This document shows, in pieces, positions 36,701 through 50,639 of a DNA stretch of 64,000 nt. A program made the position numbers and the translations under genes. Every line of letters begins with the position of its first letter. The first letter of the stretch is position 1. The DNA lies in NCBI GenBank assembly GCA_051362555.1, contig CM120640.1, forward strand, positions 30,027,967 to 30,091,966, in the 5' to 3' direction. The notes beneath the pieces are model-generated. The model was given only the letters and a program-made list of their open reading frames with translations, was not told the origin of the DNA and did no database searches. The stretch is from Lingula anatina. Lineage: Eukaryota > Animalia > Brachiopoda.

Positions 36701-39700
36701 TAGTTACTCTATTTGTTTGTAATCATAACCATTACTCTGCATGATGGTGTTGTCACTTTATGTCTATGTGTCTGTTTTTGTATATATTGTGATGACTGTG
36801 TATGACTTTGTTTTCTGTCTTTTTCCTTGTGTTCATTCCTGTTATGGTGAACATTACTGCTGTCACTGTACATGTGAATTTTTTTTGTAATCACTGTGTA
36901 TGACTGTGTTTTGACTGTGTATGTTTTTATTTATTTTGATTACTGTGCATGTTTTTGTTGTCACTGTTCGTGTTTGTATTTATTGTGAGCACTGTGTATG
37001 TCAGTTTTGTCACTCTATTTGTTTGTAATCATTACCATTACTCTGCATGATGGCATTGTCACTGTATGTCTATCTATCTGTTTATATTCTGTTTGCTGTG
37101 TCTATTCTGTATTGTTACTGAATGTGTTTGTATTTATTGTGAGCACTGTGTATGTCAGTTTTGTCACTCTATTTGTTTGTAGTCATACTGATTACTATGC
37201 ATTTTAATGTTGGCACTGTTTGTGTTTATATTTATTGTCAACAATGTGGATGTTAGTTTTGTCAGTTTATTTATTTTTAGTCATTATTTTAACTGTGCAT
37301 GTTGGTGTTGTCTTCGCGTCTGTTTATACTCTGTAAGCTGTTTCCATTCTGTATTGTCATTGAATGTGTTTGTAAATATATTGTGATCACTGTGTATGAC
37401 TGTGTAATCACCCGATTAATTTGTGTTTATTCTTGTTACTATGCATGGTTGTGTGGTCACTGTACATGTTAAAATTTATTCTGATCACTGTGTATGTCTG
37501 TATTGTGACTGTGTTTGTATGTATTCATTTTAAATATTGTGCACGTTACTACTGTCACTTTACATGTTAATATTTATTTTGATCACTGTTTATGTCAGTT
37601 TGTCACTCTATTTGTTTGTTATCATTACTATTACTGTGCATGATGGTTCTGTCGCTGTATGTCTATCTGTCTGTTTATATTCTGTTTCCTGTGTCTATTC
37701 TGTATTGTTACTGAATGTGCTTGTATATATATTAAGATGACTGTGTATGGGTATGTTTTCTTTCTTTTTTTCTTGTGTTCATTTTCTTTAGGATGAATGT
37801 TACTGTTGTCACTGTACACGCCAAAATTTATTCTGATCACTGTGTATGACTGTATTGTGACTGTGTTTCTTTGTATTTATTTTCATTACTGTGTTTGTTG
37901 GTTTTGTTACTGTTGATGTTTGTATATATTGTGAGCACTGTGTATGTCAGTTTTGTTACTCCATTTGTTTGTAATCATAACTATTACTCTGCATGATGAT
38001 GTTGTCACTGTTTGTCTATGTGTCTGTTTATATGCTGTTTGCTGTGTCTATTCTGTATTGTTACTGAATTTTTTTGTATATGTTGTGATGACTGTGTACG
38101 ACTTAGTTTTCACTCTTTTTCTTTATGTTCATTCTCATTATGGTAAACGTTATTGTTGTCACTGTAGATGTCAAACTTTTTCTAATCACTGTGTATGTCT
38201 GTATTTTGACTGTGCTTGTTTTTATTTATTTTGATTACTGGGCATGTTTGTGTTGTCACTGTTCGTGTTTGTATTTATTGTGAGCACTGTGTATGTCAGC
38301 TTTGTCACTCTATTTGTTTGTAATCTTAACTATTGCTGTGCATGATTGTACTGTCACTGTATCCCTGTGTGTTTGTTTATCTTATGTATCTTTATGTGTC
38401 TGTTTATATTCTGTCTCCTGTGTCTATTCTGTATTGTTACTGAGTGTGTTCATATATATTGTGATGACTTTTTACGGCTATGTTTTCAATCTTTTTCCTT
38501 GTGTTTATTCTCATTACGGTGAATGCTACTGTTGTCACTGTACATGTGAAATTTTTTTCTAATCACTGTGTATGTCTGTATTATGACTGTGTTTGTTTGT
38601 ATTTATTTTGATTACTGTGTATGTTTGTGTTGTCACTGTTCGTGTTTGTATTTATTGTGAGCACTGTGTATATCAGTTTTGTCACTCTATTTGTTTGTAG
38701 TCATTCTGATTACTGTGCATTTTAGTGTTGGCACTGTTTGTGTTTAAATTTGTTGTAAACAATGTGGATGTCAGTTTTGTCAGTTAATTTATTTCTAGTT
38801 ATTATTTTAACTGTGCATGTTTTGTTGTCACCGTCATCATAGTTTGTGTCTGTTTATACTCTGATGACTGTTTCTATTATGTATTGTCATTGAATGTGTT
38901 TGTATATATATATATAGTGATCACTGTGTAATCACCCGATTAATTTGTGTTTATTCTTGTTACTGTGCATGGTTTTGTTGTCACTGTACATGTGAAATTT
39001 ATACTTATCACTGTGTATATCTGTATTGTGACTGTGTTTGTTTGTATTAATTTTGATTATTGTGCACGTTACTATTGTCACTGTACATGTTGTCAACTGT
39101 ATTTTTATATATATTATGATCACTGTGTATGACTGTGTAATCACCCGATTAATTTGTGTTTATTCTTGTTACTATGCATGGTTGTGTGGTCACTGTACAT
39201 GTTAAAATTTATTCTGATCACTGTGTATGTCTGTATTGTGACTGTGTTTGTATTTATTCATTTTAAATATTGTGCACGTTACTACTGTCACTTTACATGT
39301 ACAATGACAATGAACACAAGGTAAAAGAGTGAAAACAAAGTCGTACGCAGTCATCTCGATATGTACAAACTCATTCAGTAACAATACAGAATAGACACAG
39401 CAAATACAGTTCTGTTGTCAACTGTACATGCGAAATTTTTTCACTCTTTTTCATTGTGTTTATTCTCATTACGATGAATGTTACTGACTGTTGTCACTGT
39501 ACATGTGAAAATTTTTTCTAATCACTGTGTATGTCTGTTTTTTGACTGTGTATGTTTTTATTTATTTTGATTACTGTGCATGTTTTTGTTGTCACTGTTC
39601 GTGTTTGTATTTATTGTGAGCACTGTGTATGTCAGTTTTGTCACTCTATTTGTTTGTAATCATTACCATTACTCTGCATGATGGCATTGTCACTGTGTGT

Positions 39701-42477
39701 CTATCTATCTGTTTATATTCTGTTTGCTGTGTCTATTCTGTATTGTTACTGAATGTGTTTGTATTTATTGTGAGCACTGTGTATGTCAGTTTTGTCACTC
39801 TATTTGTTTGTAGTCATACTGATTACTATGCATTTTAATGTTGGCACTGTTTGTGTTTATATTTATTGTCAACAATGTGGATGTTAGTTTTGTCAGTTTA
39901 TTTATTTTTAGTCATTATTTTAACTGTGCATGTTGGTGTTGTCTTCGCGTCTGTTTATACTCTGATCACTGTTTCCATTCTGTATTGTCATTGAATGTGT
40001 TTGTATATATATTGTGATCACTGTGTATGACTGTGTAATCACCCGATTAATTTGTGTTTATTCTTGTTACTATGCATGGTTGTGTGGTCACTGTACATGT
40101 TAAAATTTATTCTGATCACTGTGTATGTCTGTATTGTGACTGTGTTTGTATGTATTCATTTTAAATATTGTGCACGTTACTACTGTCACTTTACATGTTA
40201 ATATTTATTTTGACCACTGTTTATGTCAGTTTTTTTATGTTGATGTTTGTATTTATTGTGAGCACTGTGTATGTCAGTTTAGTTACTCTATTTGTTTGTA
40301 ATCATTACTATTACTCTGCATGATGGTGTTGTCACTGTACGTCTATGTGTCTGTTTATACTCTGATAACTGATTCCATTCTGTATTGTCATTGAATGTGT
40401 TTTTATATATATTATGATCACTGTGTATGACTGTGTAATCACCCGATTAATTTGTGTTTATTCTTGTTACTATGCATGGTTGTGTGGTCACTGTACATGT
40501 TAAAATTTATTCTGATCACTGTGTATGTCTGTATTGTGACTGTGTTTGTATTTATTCATTTTAAATATTGTGCACGTTACTACTGTCACTTTACATGTTA
40601 ATATTTATTTTGACCACTGTTTATGTCAGTTTTTTTATGTTGATGTTTGTATTTATTGTGAGCACTGTGTATGTCAGTTTAGTTACTCTATTTGTTTGTA
40701 ATCATAACCATTACTCTGCATGATGGTGTTGTCACTTCATGTCTATGTGTCTGTTTTTGTATATATTGTGATGACTGTGTATGACTTTGTTTTCTGTCTT
40801 TTTCCTTGTGTTCATTCCTATTATGGTGAACATTACTGCTGTCACTGTACATGTGAATTTTTTTTGTAATCACTGTGTATGACTGTGTTTTGACTGTGTA
40901 TGTTTTTATTTATTTTGATTACTGTGCATGTTTTTGTTGTCACTGTTCGTGTTTGTATTTATTGTGAGCACTGTGTATGTCAGTTTTGTCACTCTATTTG
41001 TTTGTAATCATTACCATTACTCTGCATGATGGCATTGTCACTGTATGTCTATCTATCTGTTTATATTCTGTTTGCTGTGTCTATTCTGTATTGTTACTGA
41101 ATGTGTTTGTATTTATTGTGAGCACTGTGTATGTCAGTTTTGTCACTCTATTTGTTTGTAGTCATACTGATTACTATGCATTTTAATGTTGGCACTGTTT
41201 GTGTTTATATTTATTGTCAACAATGTGGATGTTAGTTTTGTCAGTTTATTTATTTTTAGTCATTATTTTAACTGTGCATGTTGGTGTTGTCTTCGCGTCT
41301 GTTTATACTCTGTAAGCTGTTTCCATTCTGTATTGTCATTGAATGTGTTTGTATATATATTGTGATCACTGTGTATGACTGTGTAATCACCCGATTAATT
41401 TGTGTTTATTCTTGTTACTATGCATGGTTGTGTGGTCACTGTACATGTTAAAATTTATTCTGATCACTGTGTATGTCTGTATTGTGACTGTGTTTGTATG
41501 TATTCATTTTAAATATTGTGCACGTTACTACTGTCACTTTACATGTTAATATTTATTTTGACCACTGTTTATGTCAGTTTTTTTATGTTGATGTTTGTAT
41601 TTATTGTGAGCACTGTGTATGTCAGTTTAGTTACTCTATTTGTTTGTAATCATTACTATTACTCTGCATGATGGTGTTGTCACTGTACGTCTATGTGTCT
41701 GTTTATACTCTGATAACTGATTCCATTCTGTATTGTCATTGAATGTGTTTTTATATATATTATGATCACTGTGTATGACTGTGTAATCACCCGATTAATT
41801 TGTGTTTATTCTTGTTACTATGCATGGTTGTGTGGTCACTGTACATGTTAAAATTTATTCTGATCTCTGTGTATGTCTGTATTGTGACTGTGTTTGTATT
41901 TATTCATTTTAAATATTGTGCACGTTACTACTGTCACTTTACATGTTAATATTTATTTTGACCACTGTTTATGTCAGTTTTTTTATGTTGACGTTCGTAT
42001 TTATTGTGAGCACTGTGTATGTCAGTTTAGTTACTCTATTTGTTTGTAATCATAACCATTACTCTGCATGATGGTGTTGTCACTTTATTTCTATGTGTCT
42101 GTTTTTGTATATATTGTGATGACTGTGTATGACTTTGTTTTCTGTCTTTTTCCTTGTGTTCATTCCTATTATGGTGAACATTACTGCTGTCACTGTACAT
42201 GTGAATTTTTTTTGTAATCACTGTGTATGACTGTGTTTTGACTGTGTATGTTTTTATTTATTTTGATTACTGTGCATGTTTTTGTTGTCACTGTTCGTGT
42301 TTGTATTTACTGTGAGCACTGTGTATGTCAGTTTTGTCACTCTATTTGTTTGTAATCATTACCATTACTCTGCATGATGGCATTGTCACTGTATCTCTAT
42401 GTGCCTGTTAATATTCTGTCTGCTGTGTCTATTCTGTATTGTTACTGAATGAGTTTGTATATATTGTGATGACTGTG

Positions 42478-43364
42478 TGTAACACAAGTAGTGTTAGAAA
42501 AGGAATAGAGTCTTGTTGGGGTGATATAAGTTGTTTATTCTCCTCTCTGTCTGTACCAGTTATAAAATACTCGTCAATCAAGGAAAGTTTAAATTGAAAT
42601 AAAAAATTGAATAAATAAATAAATGAAATACTTAACTACTTTAATGCAATAATTACAATGGAAATAATCTAGAATGCTGTAATTGAGAAATCTGCAATAG
42701 CACAATATGGCACAATTTAGGCACCCAACATCTTTGAGACAACTAGCACAATTTGTGTAACATGAGACAGCAGAGAAAGCATGAGGCGCATTACTCCTTC
42801 AGAATATCTAATTGAACCTTAAACATGTTTTACTTATAAAAATTCTACCACATAAGACAAGGTGTGTCATAAAAACCATTAAATTTCACAGCAAAGAACT
42901 AGTACAGTACGTGTAGATAAATCAATTAAAATCAATGTGGGTCAAACTGCTTCTCAGTAAGCGTTAAACTCAAAAACAAGCCAAAAACAACAATTCACTT
43001 AACTAAGCACATCTTAATTTCTCTCTAGTTACAAAAAATGACATTAAAAATAATTTTACTCACATTCCTGGTTGGACAGGGTTCTCAAAGGTATACACTT
43101 GGTTTAAACAACTTCTGGGATTATGAAAATGCATTTTCTTCCTCTCAAGAACAGAACAAAGGAATGTGCTGTGCTAGGAAATTTAAACCCCCTCAAGGAA
43201 TCTCATTAAAAGACAATCAAAAGAAACTATTTGCTAGTTAATATTTTCTATCAGCAAAAGGGGTCAGCACCTTACAGCCTACTCTTATTAGTCATTGGCA
43301 ATACAGGGTAAAACTTAATAGTTAGGTTAAATGTTCAGCTAGCTAAAATTTGCCAGGTGATACA
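42478..43364. mobile_element. Solo LTR (887 bp)
   Basis: Termini TGTAACAC...GTGATACA with perfect 5-bp target duplication CTGTG (42473-42477, 43365-43369); satellite resumes in register. Confidence 0.85.
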
Positions 43365-46300
43365 CTGTGTATGACTTTGTTTTCACTCTTTTTCCTTGTG
43401 TTCATTCCCATTATGATGAACGTTATTGTAATAAATTCCATTACTCTGCATGATGGTGTTGTCACTTTATGTATATGTATCAGTTTATGTGCTGTTGGCT
43501 GTGTCTATTCTGTATTGTTACAGAATGTGCTAATATATATTTTGATGACGATGTATGACTTTGTTTTCACTTTTTTTCCTTGTGTTCATTCCCATTATGG
43601 TGAACGTTACTGTTGTCACTGTACACGTCAAATTTTTTCTAATCACCGTGTATGTCTGTATTTTGACTGTGTTTGTTTTTATATATTTTGTTTACTGTGC
43701 ATGTTTGTGTTGTCACTGTTTGTGTTTGTATTTATTGTGAGCACTGTGTTTGTCAGTTTTTTTTTACTCTATTTGTTTGAAATCATTACCATTACTCTGC
43801 ATGATGGTGTTGTCACTTTATGTCTATGTGTCTGTTTATATGCTGTTTGCTGTGTCTATTCTGTATTGTTACTGAATGAGTTTGTACATACTGTGATGAC
43901 TGTGTGCAGCTAGGTTTTTTATTTTTTTTTCATTGTGTTCGTTCTCATTATGGTGCACGTTACTGTTGTCACTGTACATTTGATATTTTTTCTAATCACT
44001 GTGTATGTCTGTGTTTTGACTGTGCTTGTTTTTATTTATTTCCATTCTGTGCATGTTTGTGTTGTCACTGTTCGTGTTTGTATTTATTGTGAGCACTGTG
44101 TATGTCAGTTTTGTCACTCTATTTGTTTGTAGTTATTTCGATCACTATAAATTTACATGCATTTTAGCATTGGCACTGTTTGTGTTTATATCTATTGTCA
44201 GCAATGTGGATGTCAGTTTTGTCTGTTTATTTATTTCTAGTCATTATTTTTACTGTGCATGTTGGTGTTGTCACTGTCATTATAGTTTATGTGTCTGTTT
44301 ATACTCTGATAACTGTTTCCATTCTGTATTGTCATTGAATGTGTTTGTATATATATTGTGATCACTGTGTATGACTGTGTAATCACCCGATTAATTTGTG
44401 TTTATTCTTGTTACTATGCATGGTTGTGTGGTCACTGTACATGTTAAAATTTATTCTGATCACTGTGTATGTCTGTATTGTGACTGTGTTTGTATGTATT
44501 CATTTTAAATATTGTGCACGTTACTACTGTCACTGTACATGTTAATATTTATTTTGACCACTGTTTATGTCAGTTTTTTTTATGTTGATGTTTGTATTTA
44601 TTGTGAGCACTGTGTTTGTCAGTTTAGTTACTCTATTTGTTTGTAATCATTACTATTACTCTGCATGATGGTGTTGTCACTGTATGTCTATGTGTCTGTT
44701 TATATTCTCTTTGCTGTGTCTATTCTGTATTGTTACTGAATGTGTTTGTACATTATGAGATGACTGTGCACAACTTTGTTATCTCTTTTTTGTTGTATTC
44801 ATTCTTATTATGGTGAATGTTACTGTTGTCACTGTACATGTCAAAATTTATTCTGATCACTGTGTATGACTGTATTGTGACTGTGTTTGTTTTTATATAT
44901 TTTGATTACTGTGTTTGTTGATGTTGTTACTGTTGATGTTTGTATTTATTGTGAGCACTGTGTATGCCAGTTTAGTTACTCTATTTGTTTGTAATCATTA
45001 CCATTACTCTGCATGATGGTGTTGTCACTATATGTTTATGTGTCTGTTTATATGCTGTTTGCTGTTTCTATTCTGTTTTGTTACTGAATGCGTTTGTTTA
45101 TATCGAGATGACTGTTTATGACTTTGTTTTCACTCTTTTACCTTGTGTTCATTGTCATTAAGGTGAATGTTACTGTTGTCCCTGTACATTTGAAATTTTT
45201 TCACTCTTTTTACTTGTGTTCATTCTCATTATGGTGAACTTTACTGTTTTCACTGTACACGTCAAAATTTATTCTGATCACTGTATATGTTTATATTTTG
45301 ACTGTGTTTGTTTGTATTTAATTTGATTATTGTGCATGTTTGTGTTGTAACTGTTCATGTTTGTATTTATTATGAACACTGTGTCTATTTGTTTTCTCAC
45401 TCTATTTGTTTATAATCTTTACTTTTACTGTGCATGATTATGTCGTTCACTATATGTCTGTATCTGTTTATATTCTGTTTGCTGTGTCTATTTTGTATTG
45501 TTACTGAATGTGTTTGTATATATAGTAATGACTGTGTACTGCTATGTTTTTTACTGTTTTTCCTTGTGTTCATTTTCATTACGGTTAATGTTACTGTTGT
45601 CACTATACATAGCAAATTTTATTCTGATCACTGTGTCTATTCTGTATTGTGACTGTTTTTGTTTGTATTTATTTTAATTACTGTGTTTGTTGATGTTGTT
45701 AGAGTTTGTGTTTGTATTTATTGTAAGCACTAGGTACATCAGTTTTGTCACTCTTATTTGTTTTTATTCATTATTATTACTCTGCATGATGGTGTTGTCA
45801 CTGTATGTCTATGTGTCTGTTTATGTTCTGTTTGCTGTGTCTATTCTGTATTATTACTGTACATATTGAGATGACTTTGTTTTCACTCTTTTTCCATATG
45901 TTTATTATCATTACTATGAACGTTACTGTTGTCACTGTACATGTGAAATTTTTTTTTCTAATCACTGTGTGTCTGTATTTTGAATGTTTTTATTTATTTT
46001 GATTAATGTGCATGTTTGTATTGTTACTGTTTGTGTTTGTATTTATTATGAGCACTGTTATGTCAGTTTTGTTACTCTATTTGTTTGTAATCATTACTAT
46101 TACTCTGCATGATGGTGTTGTAACTGTATGTCTATGTGTCTGTTTATATTCTGTTTGCTGTGTCTATTCTGTATTCCTACTGAATGAGTTTGTACATATT
46201 GAGATGACTATGTATGTCTATGCTTTCACTGTTTTTCCTTGTGTTCATTCTCATTACTGTAAATGTTATTGTTGTCACTGTACATGTAAAGTTTTTTTCT

Positions 46301-47118
46301 AATTACAGTGTACATCATTGTCTGTTTGTTTTGTTCCTCTATTTGTTTGTATTCATAACTATTATTCTGCATGATGGTGTTGTCATTGTATGCCTGTGTT
46401 TTTGTTTATCTTATGTTTGCTCTGTCTGTTTTGTTACTGAATGTGTTTGTATATATTGTAATGACTGTGTATGGCTATGTTTTTTACTTTAATTCCTTGT
46501 GTTCATTCTCATTATGGTGAACGTTACTGTTGTCACTGTACACATCAAAATTTATTCTGATCACTGTGTATGTCTTTATTGTGACTGTTTTTGTATTTAT
46601 TTTGATTACTGTGTTTGTTGGTGTTATTACTGTTTTTGTTTGTATTTATTGTGAGCACTATGTACGTCAGTTTTGTCACTCTTATTTGTTTTTATTCAAT
46701 ATTATTACTCTGCATGATGGTGTTGTCACTGTATCCCTGTATGTCTGTTTATATTGTTTGCTGTGTCTTTTCTGTATTATTACTGAATGTGTTTGTTCAT
46801 ATTGAGATGACTGCGTACGACTTCGTTTTCACTCTTTTTCCTTGTGTTCATTCTCATTACGGTGCACTTTAATGTTGTCACTGTACATATGAAATTTTTT
46901 TCTTATCACTTTATATGTCTGTTTTGTGACTGTTTGTTTGTAGTCATTTTGATTACTGGCATTTTCGTGTTGGCAATGTTTATGTATATATTTATTGTCA
47001 GCCATGTGGATGTCAGTTTTGTTATTTTATTTATTTCTAGTCATTATTTAAACTGTGCATGTTGGAATTGTTACTGTCATCATAGTTTATGTGCCTGTTT
47101 ATACTCTGATAACTGCTT

Positions 47119-47189
<71 letters not shown>

Positions 47190-47802
47190 GATCACTGTGT
47201 ATGACTGTGTACTCACCCGATTAATTTGTGTTTATTCTTGTAACTGTGCATGGTTGTGTTGTCACTGTTCATGTTAAAATTTATTCTGATCACTGTGTAT
47301 GTCTGTATTGTGACTGTGTTTGTTTGTATTTATTTTGATTTGTGTGCACATTACTATTGTCACTGTACATGTTAATATTTATTTTGATCACAGTTTATGT
47401 CAGTTTGTCACTCTATTTATTTGTTATCATTACTATTACTGTGCATGATGTTGTTGTCACTTATGTTTGCTGTGTCTATGCTGTATTGTTACTGAATGTG
47501 TTTGTATATTGTGATGACTGTGTACAGTTATGTTTTCACTCTTTTTTCCTGGTCTTCTTTGTTGTTACAATGTACGTTACTGTTGTCACTGTACACGTCA
47601 ATAATTTTTCTGATCACTGTGTATGTCTGTATTTTGACTGTGTTTGTTGGTGTTGTTACTGTTTGTGTTTGTATTTATTGTGAGCACTATGAAAGTCAGT
47701 TTTGTCTCTCTTATTTGTTTTTATTCATTATTATTACTCTGCATGATGGTGTTGTCATTGTTTGTCTATGTGTCTGTTTATATTGTTTGCTGTGTCTATT
47801 CT

Positions 47803-48262
47803 GTATAGATAAAGTACAAGGCACTGAGCTTTACGAGAAATAGAGCAGATAATTGGCAAGGCGAAGCTGAGACAATTATCTGCTCTATTTCTCTTAAAGC
47901 TTAGCGCTGAGTGCTTTATCTGGCTTAAAGCACGATTAATTAACCCTGTCCACTGGTGCGTGGAACGCATTCGTGGATGATGTGACTTTTCACGAAATAA
48001 AGCACGGCGGGACCTATTGTCTTTTGACAGGAGGGTGCTTTAAGGTATAGATAAAGTACCAGGTGCTGAGCTTTAGGAGGAATAGAGCAGTTATCTGCTC
48101 TATTTCTCGTAAAGCTCAGCGCCGAGTGCTTTATCTGGCTTAAAGCACGATTAATTAACCCTGTGCACTGGTGCGTGGAACGCATTCATGGATGACGTGA
48201 CTTTACACAAAATAAAGCACGGCACGACCTGTTGTCTTTTGACAGGAGAATGCTTTAAGTAT
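47803..48262. mobile_element. Head-to-tail dimer of a ~240-bp palindromic non-autonomous element
   Basis: Units start at 47803 and 48045; long hairpin around gcaaggcgaagctgag (deleted in unit 2) plus cttaaagcac..gtgctttaag arms; GTAT at both ends and at the internal junction. Confidence 0.75.
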
Positions 48263-49641
48263 TATTACTGAATGTGTTTGTTCATATTGAGATGACTGTG
48301 TACGACTTCATTTTCACTATTTTTCTTTGTGTTTTTTCTCATTACGTTGAACATTACTGTTGTCACTGTACATGTGAAATTTTTTTTTTGTAATCACTGT
48401 ATATGTCTGTTTTTTGACTGTGTTTGTTTCTATTTGTTTTGATTATTCTGTTTGTTGGTGTTGTTACTGTTTGTGTTTGTATTTATTATGAGCACTGTGT
48501 ATGTCAGTTTTGTCACTCTATTTGTTTGTAGTCATTATTATTACTCTGCATGATGGTGTTGTCGCTGTATGTCTATGTGTCTGTTTATATTCTGTTTGCT
48601 GTGTCTATTCTGTATTATTACTGAATGTGTTTGTATATATTATGATGACTGTGTATGACTTCATTTTCACTCTGTTTCCATATGTTTATTCTCATTACTA
48701 TGAACGTTACTGTTGTCACTGTACATGTGAAATTTGTTTTCTAATCACTGTGTATGTCTGTTTTGTGGCTGTGTTTGTTTGTATTTATTTTGATTACTGT
48801 GTTTGTTGGTGTTGTTACTGTTTGTGTTTGTATTTATTATGAGCACTGTGTATGTTAATTTTGTCACTATTTGTTTGTTATCATTACTATTACTCTGCAT
48901 GATGGTGTTGTAACTGTATGTCTATGTGTCTGTTTATATTCTGTTTGCTGTGTCTATTCTGTATTGTTACTGAATGAGTTTGTACATATTGAGATAACTA
49001 TGTATGTCTGTGTTTTCACTCTTTCTCATTTTGTTCATTTTCATTACAGTGAATGTTACTGTTGTCACTGTTCTTGTGAATTTTTTTCTAATCACTATGT
49101 ATGTCTGTTTTGTGACTGTGTTTGTTTGTATTTATATTGATTACTGTGTTTGTTGGTGTATTTACTGTTTGTGTTTGTATTTATTATAAGCACTGTGTTT
49201 GTCAATTTTGTCATTCTATTTGTTTGTAATCATTACTATTACTCTGCATGATGGTGTTGTAACTGTATATCTATGTGTCTGTTTATATATTCTTTTTGCT
49301 GTGTCTATTCTGCATTTTTACTGAATGAGTTTGTACATATTTAGATAACTATGTATGTCTGTGTTTTCACTCTTCTTCTTTGTGTTCATTTTCATTACAG
49401 TGAATGTTACTGTTGTCACTGTACATGTGAAATTTTTTCTAATCACTGTGTATGTCTGTATTTTGTTTTAATTTATTTTGATTAATGTGCATGTTTGTGT
49501 TGTCACTGTTCATGTTTGTACTTATTGTGAGCACTGTGTATGTCAGTTTTGTCACTCTTTTTGTTTGTAATCATTACCATTACTCTGCATGATGGTGTTG
49601 TCACTGTATGTCTATGTGTCTGTTTATATTCTGTTTGCTGT

Positions 49642-50030
49642 CCCAGATAGCATGCAAATGTTGGCCCAACGTTGCATTGGTTGACCATTCATACGTTGGC
49701 CCAACGTTGGGTTTCCATCTAAATGCTCACTTTGGCCAATGGTTGGCTGAACGTATTTGGCCAACCTTAGTCTATTTCAAAGCTATTGCATTGCCAACGT
49801 ATTCCCAACCAAACTACGTTGGCCCTACATTGGGCCAACTAATATTCAACATTGGCCCAACAATTACCCAATCTGTAACCAACAGCGTATTTACGTTGGT
49901 TCTACTAATAACCAACATCGGTCCAACGATTACCCAACCTCAAACCACCATTGCATTGACATTGGGCCAACGGTAGGCCATCTGGTCACCGAGGTATCTG
50001 CAATTTGCACAATGATTAATGACCCAACCT
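49642..50030 (+). mobile_element. Left terminus of an EnSpm/CMC-like DNA element with subterminal ttggcccaac repeats
   Basis: Starts cccagatagcatgcaaatgttggcccaacgttg, followed by many ttgg(c)ccaac variants; no matching right end seen. Confidence 0.55.
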
Positions 50031-50639
50031 AAAACCAGGGGCACAGTGATTTACATCATTGAACCAAAGGCAAAATAATTTTATCCCGAATCACATACGT
50101 AGTAGGGCACTGTAATACATGTCTGATGCACAGGCAGATCAATGTCCTGATGAAATATCTTAAGCATCTGAAATCTGCAGACTGCAAGGTATAACTGAAA
50201 AATTAACAAGCTGATTAATGGATGAATTCTTCAGAGGACTTGATATGCCTGTGTTGCAGTTGAAACAAAAAGATTAGTGATATATTTTAAACTGTTTAAT
50301 TAATTCATAACATTACACTGAACAAATACCTTCAACCAACTAAATGTGATGTGAATGGAAAAATAATACAAAAAGACATCTCAAAGAAACTTTTTATAAA
50401 GATATTATAATATTAAATTTAAACAATCATAAAGGTGTTTTATATGAATTGTCAAATGATTAATGTCAAGAAAATTATTACCAGTCCTGTGAAAGAACTT
50501 TCCACCTTATTACTGGAGTCAAGGCAGTTTTTTCACCCAATCCAAGATTCACAATTATTTTAATTTTTAAAAAATCTTCATTAAATTAAATTTAAATCCA
50601 GAAAAAGTGCCACTGAAAGAGCTGAAGAAATTAGTAGGA

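Larger units (their letters stand above)
32090..49641 (+). repeat. Complex satellite array, central part, with homogeneous higher-order repeats (~32.1-42.4 kb) grading into diverged monomers
   Basis: Same peptides at 34284/35641/36998 (1357-bp period) and 39629/40977, 40688/42036 (1348-bp period); interrupted by a solo LTR and a palindromic dimer. Confidence 0.95.
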
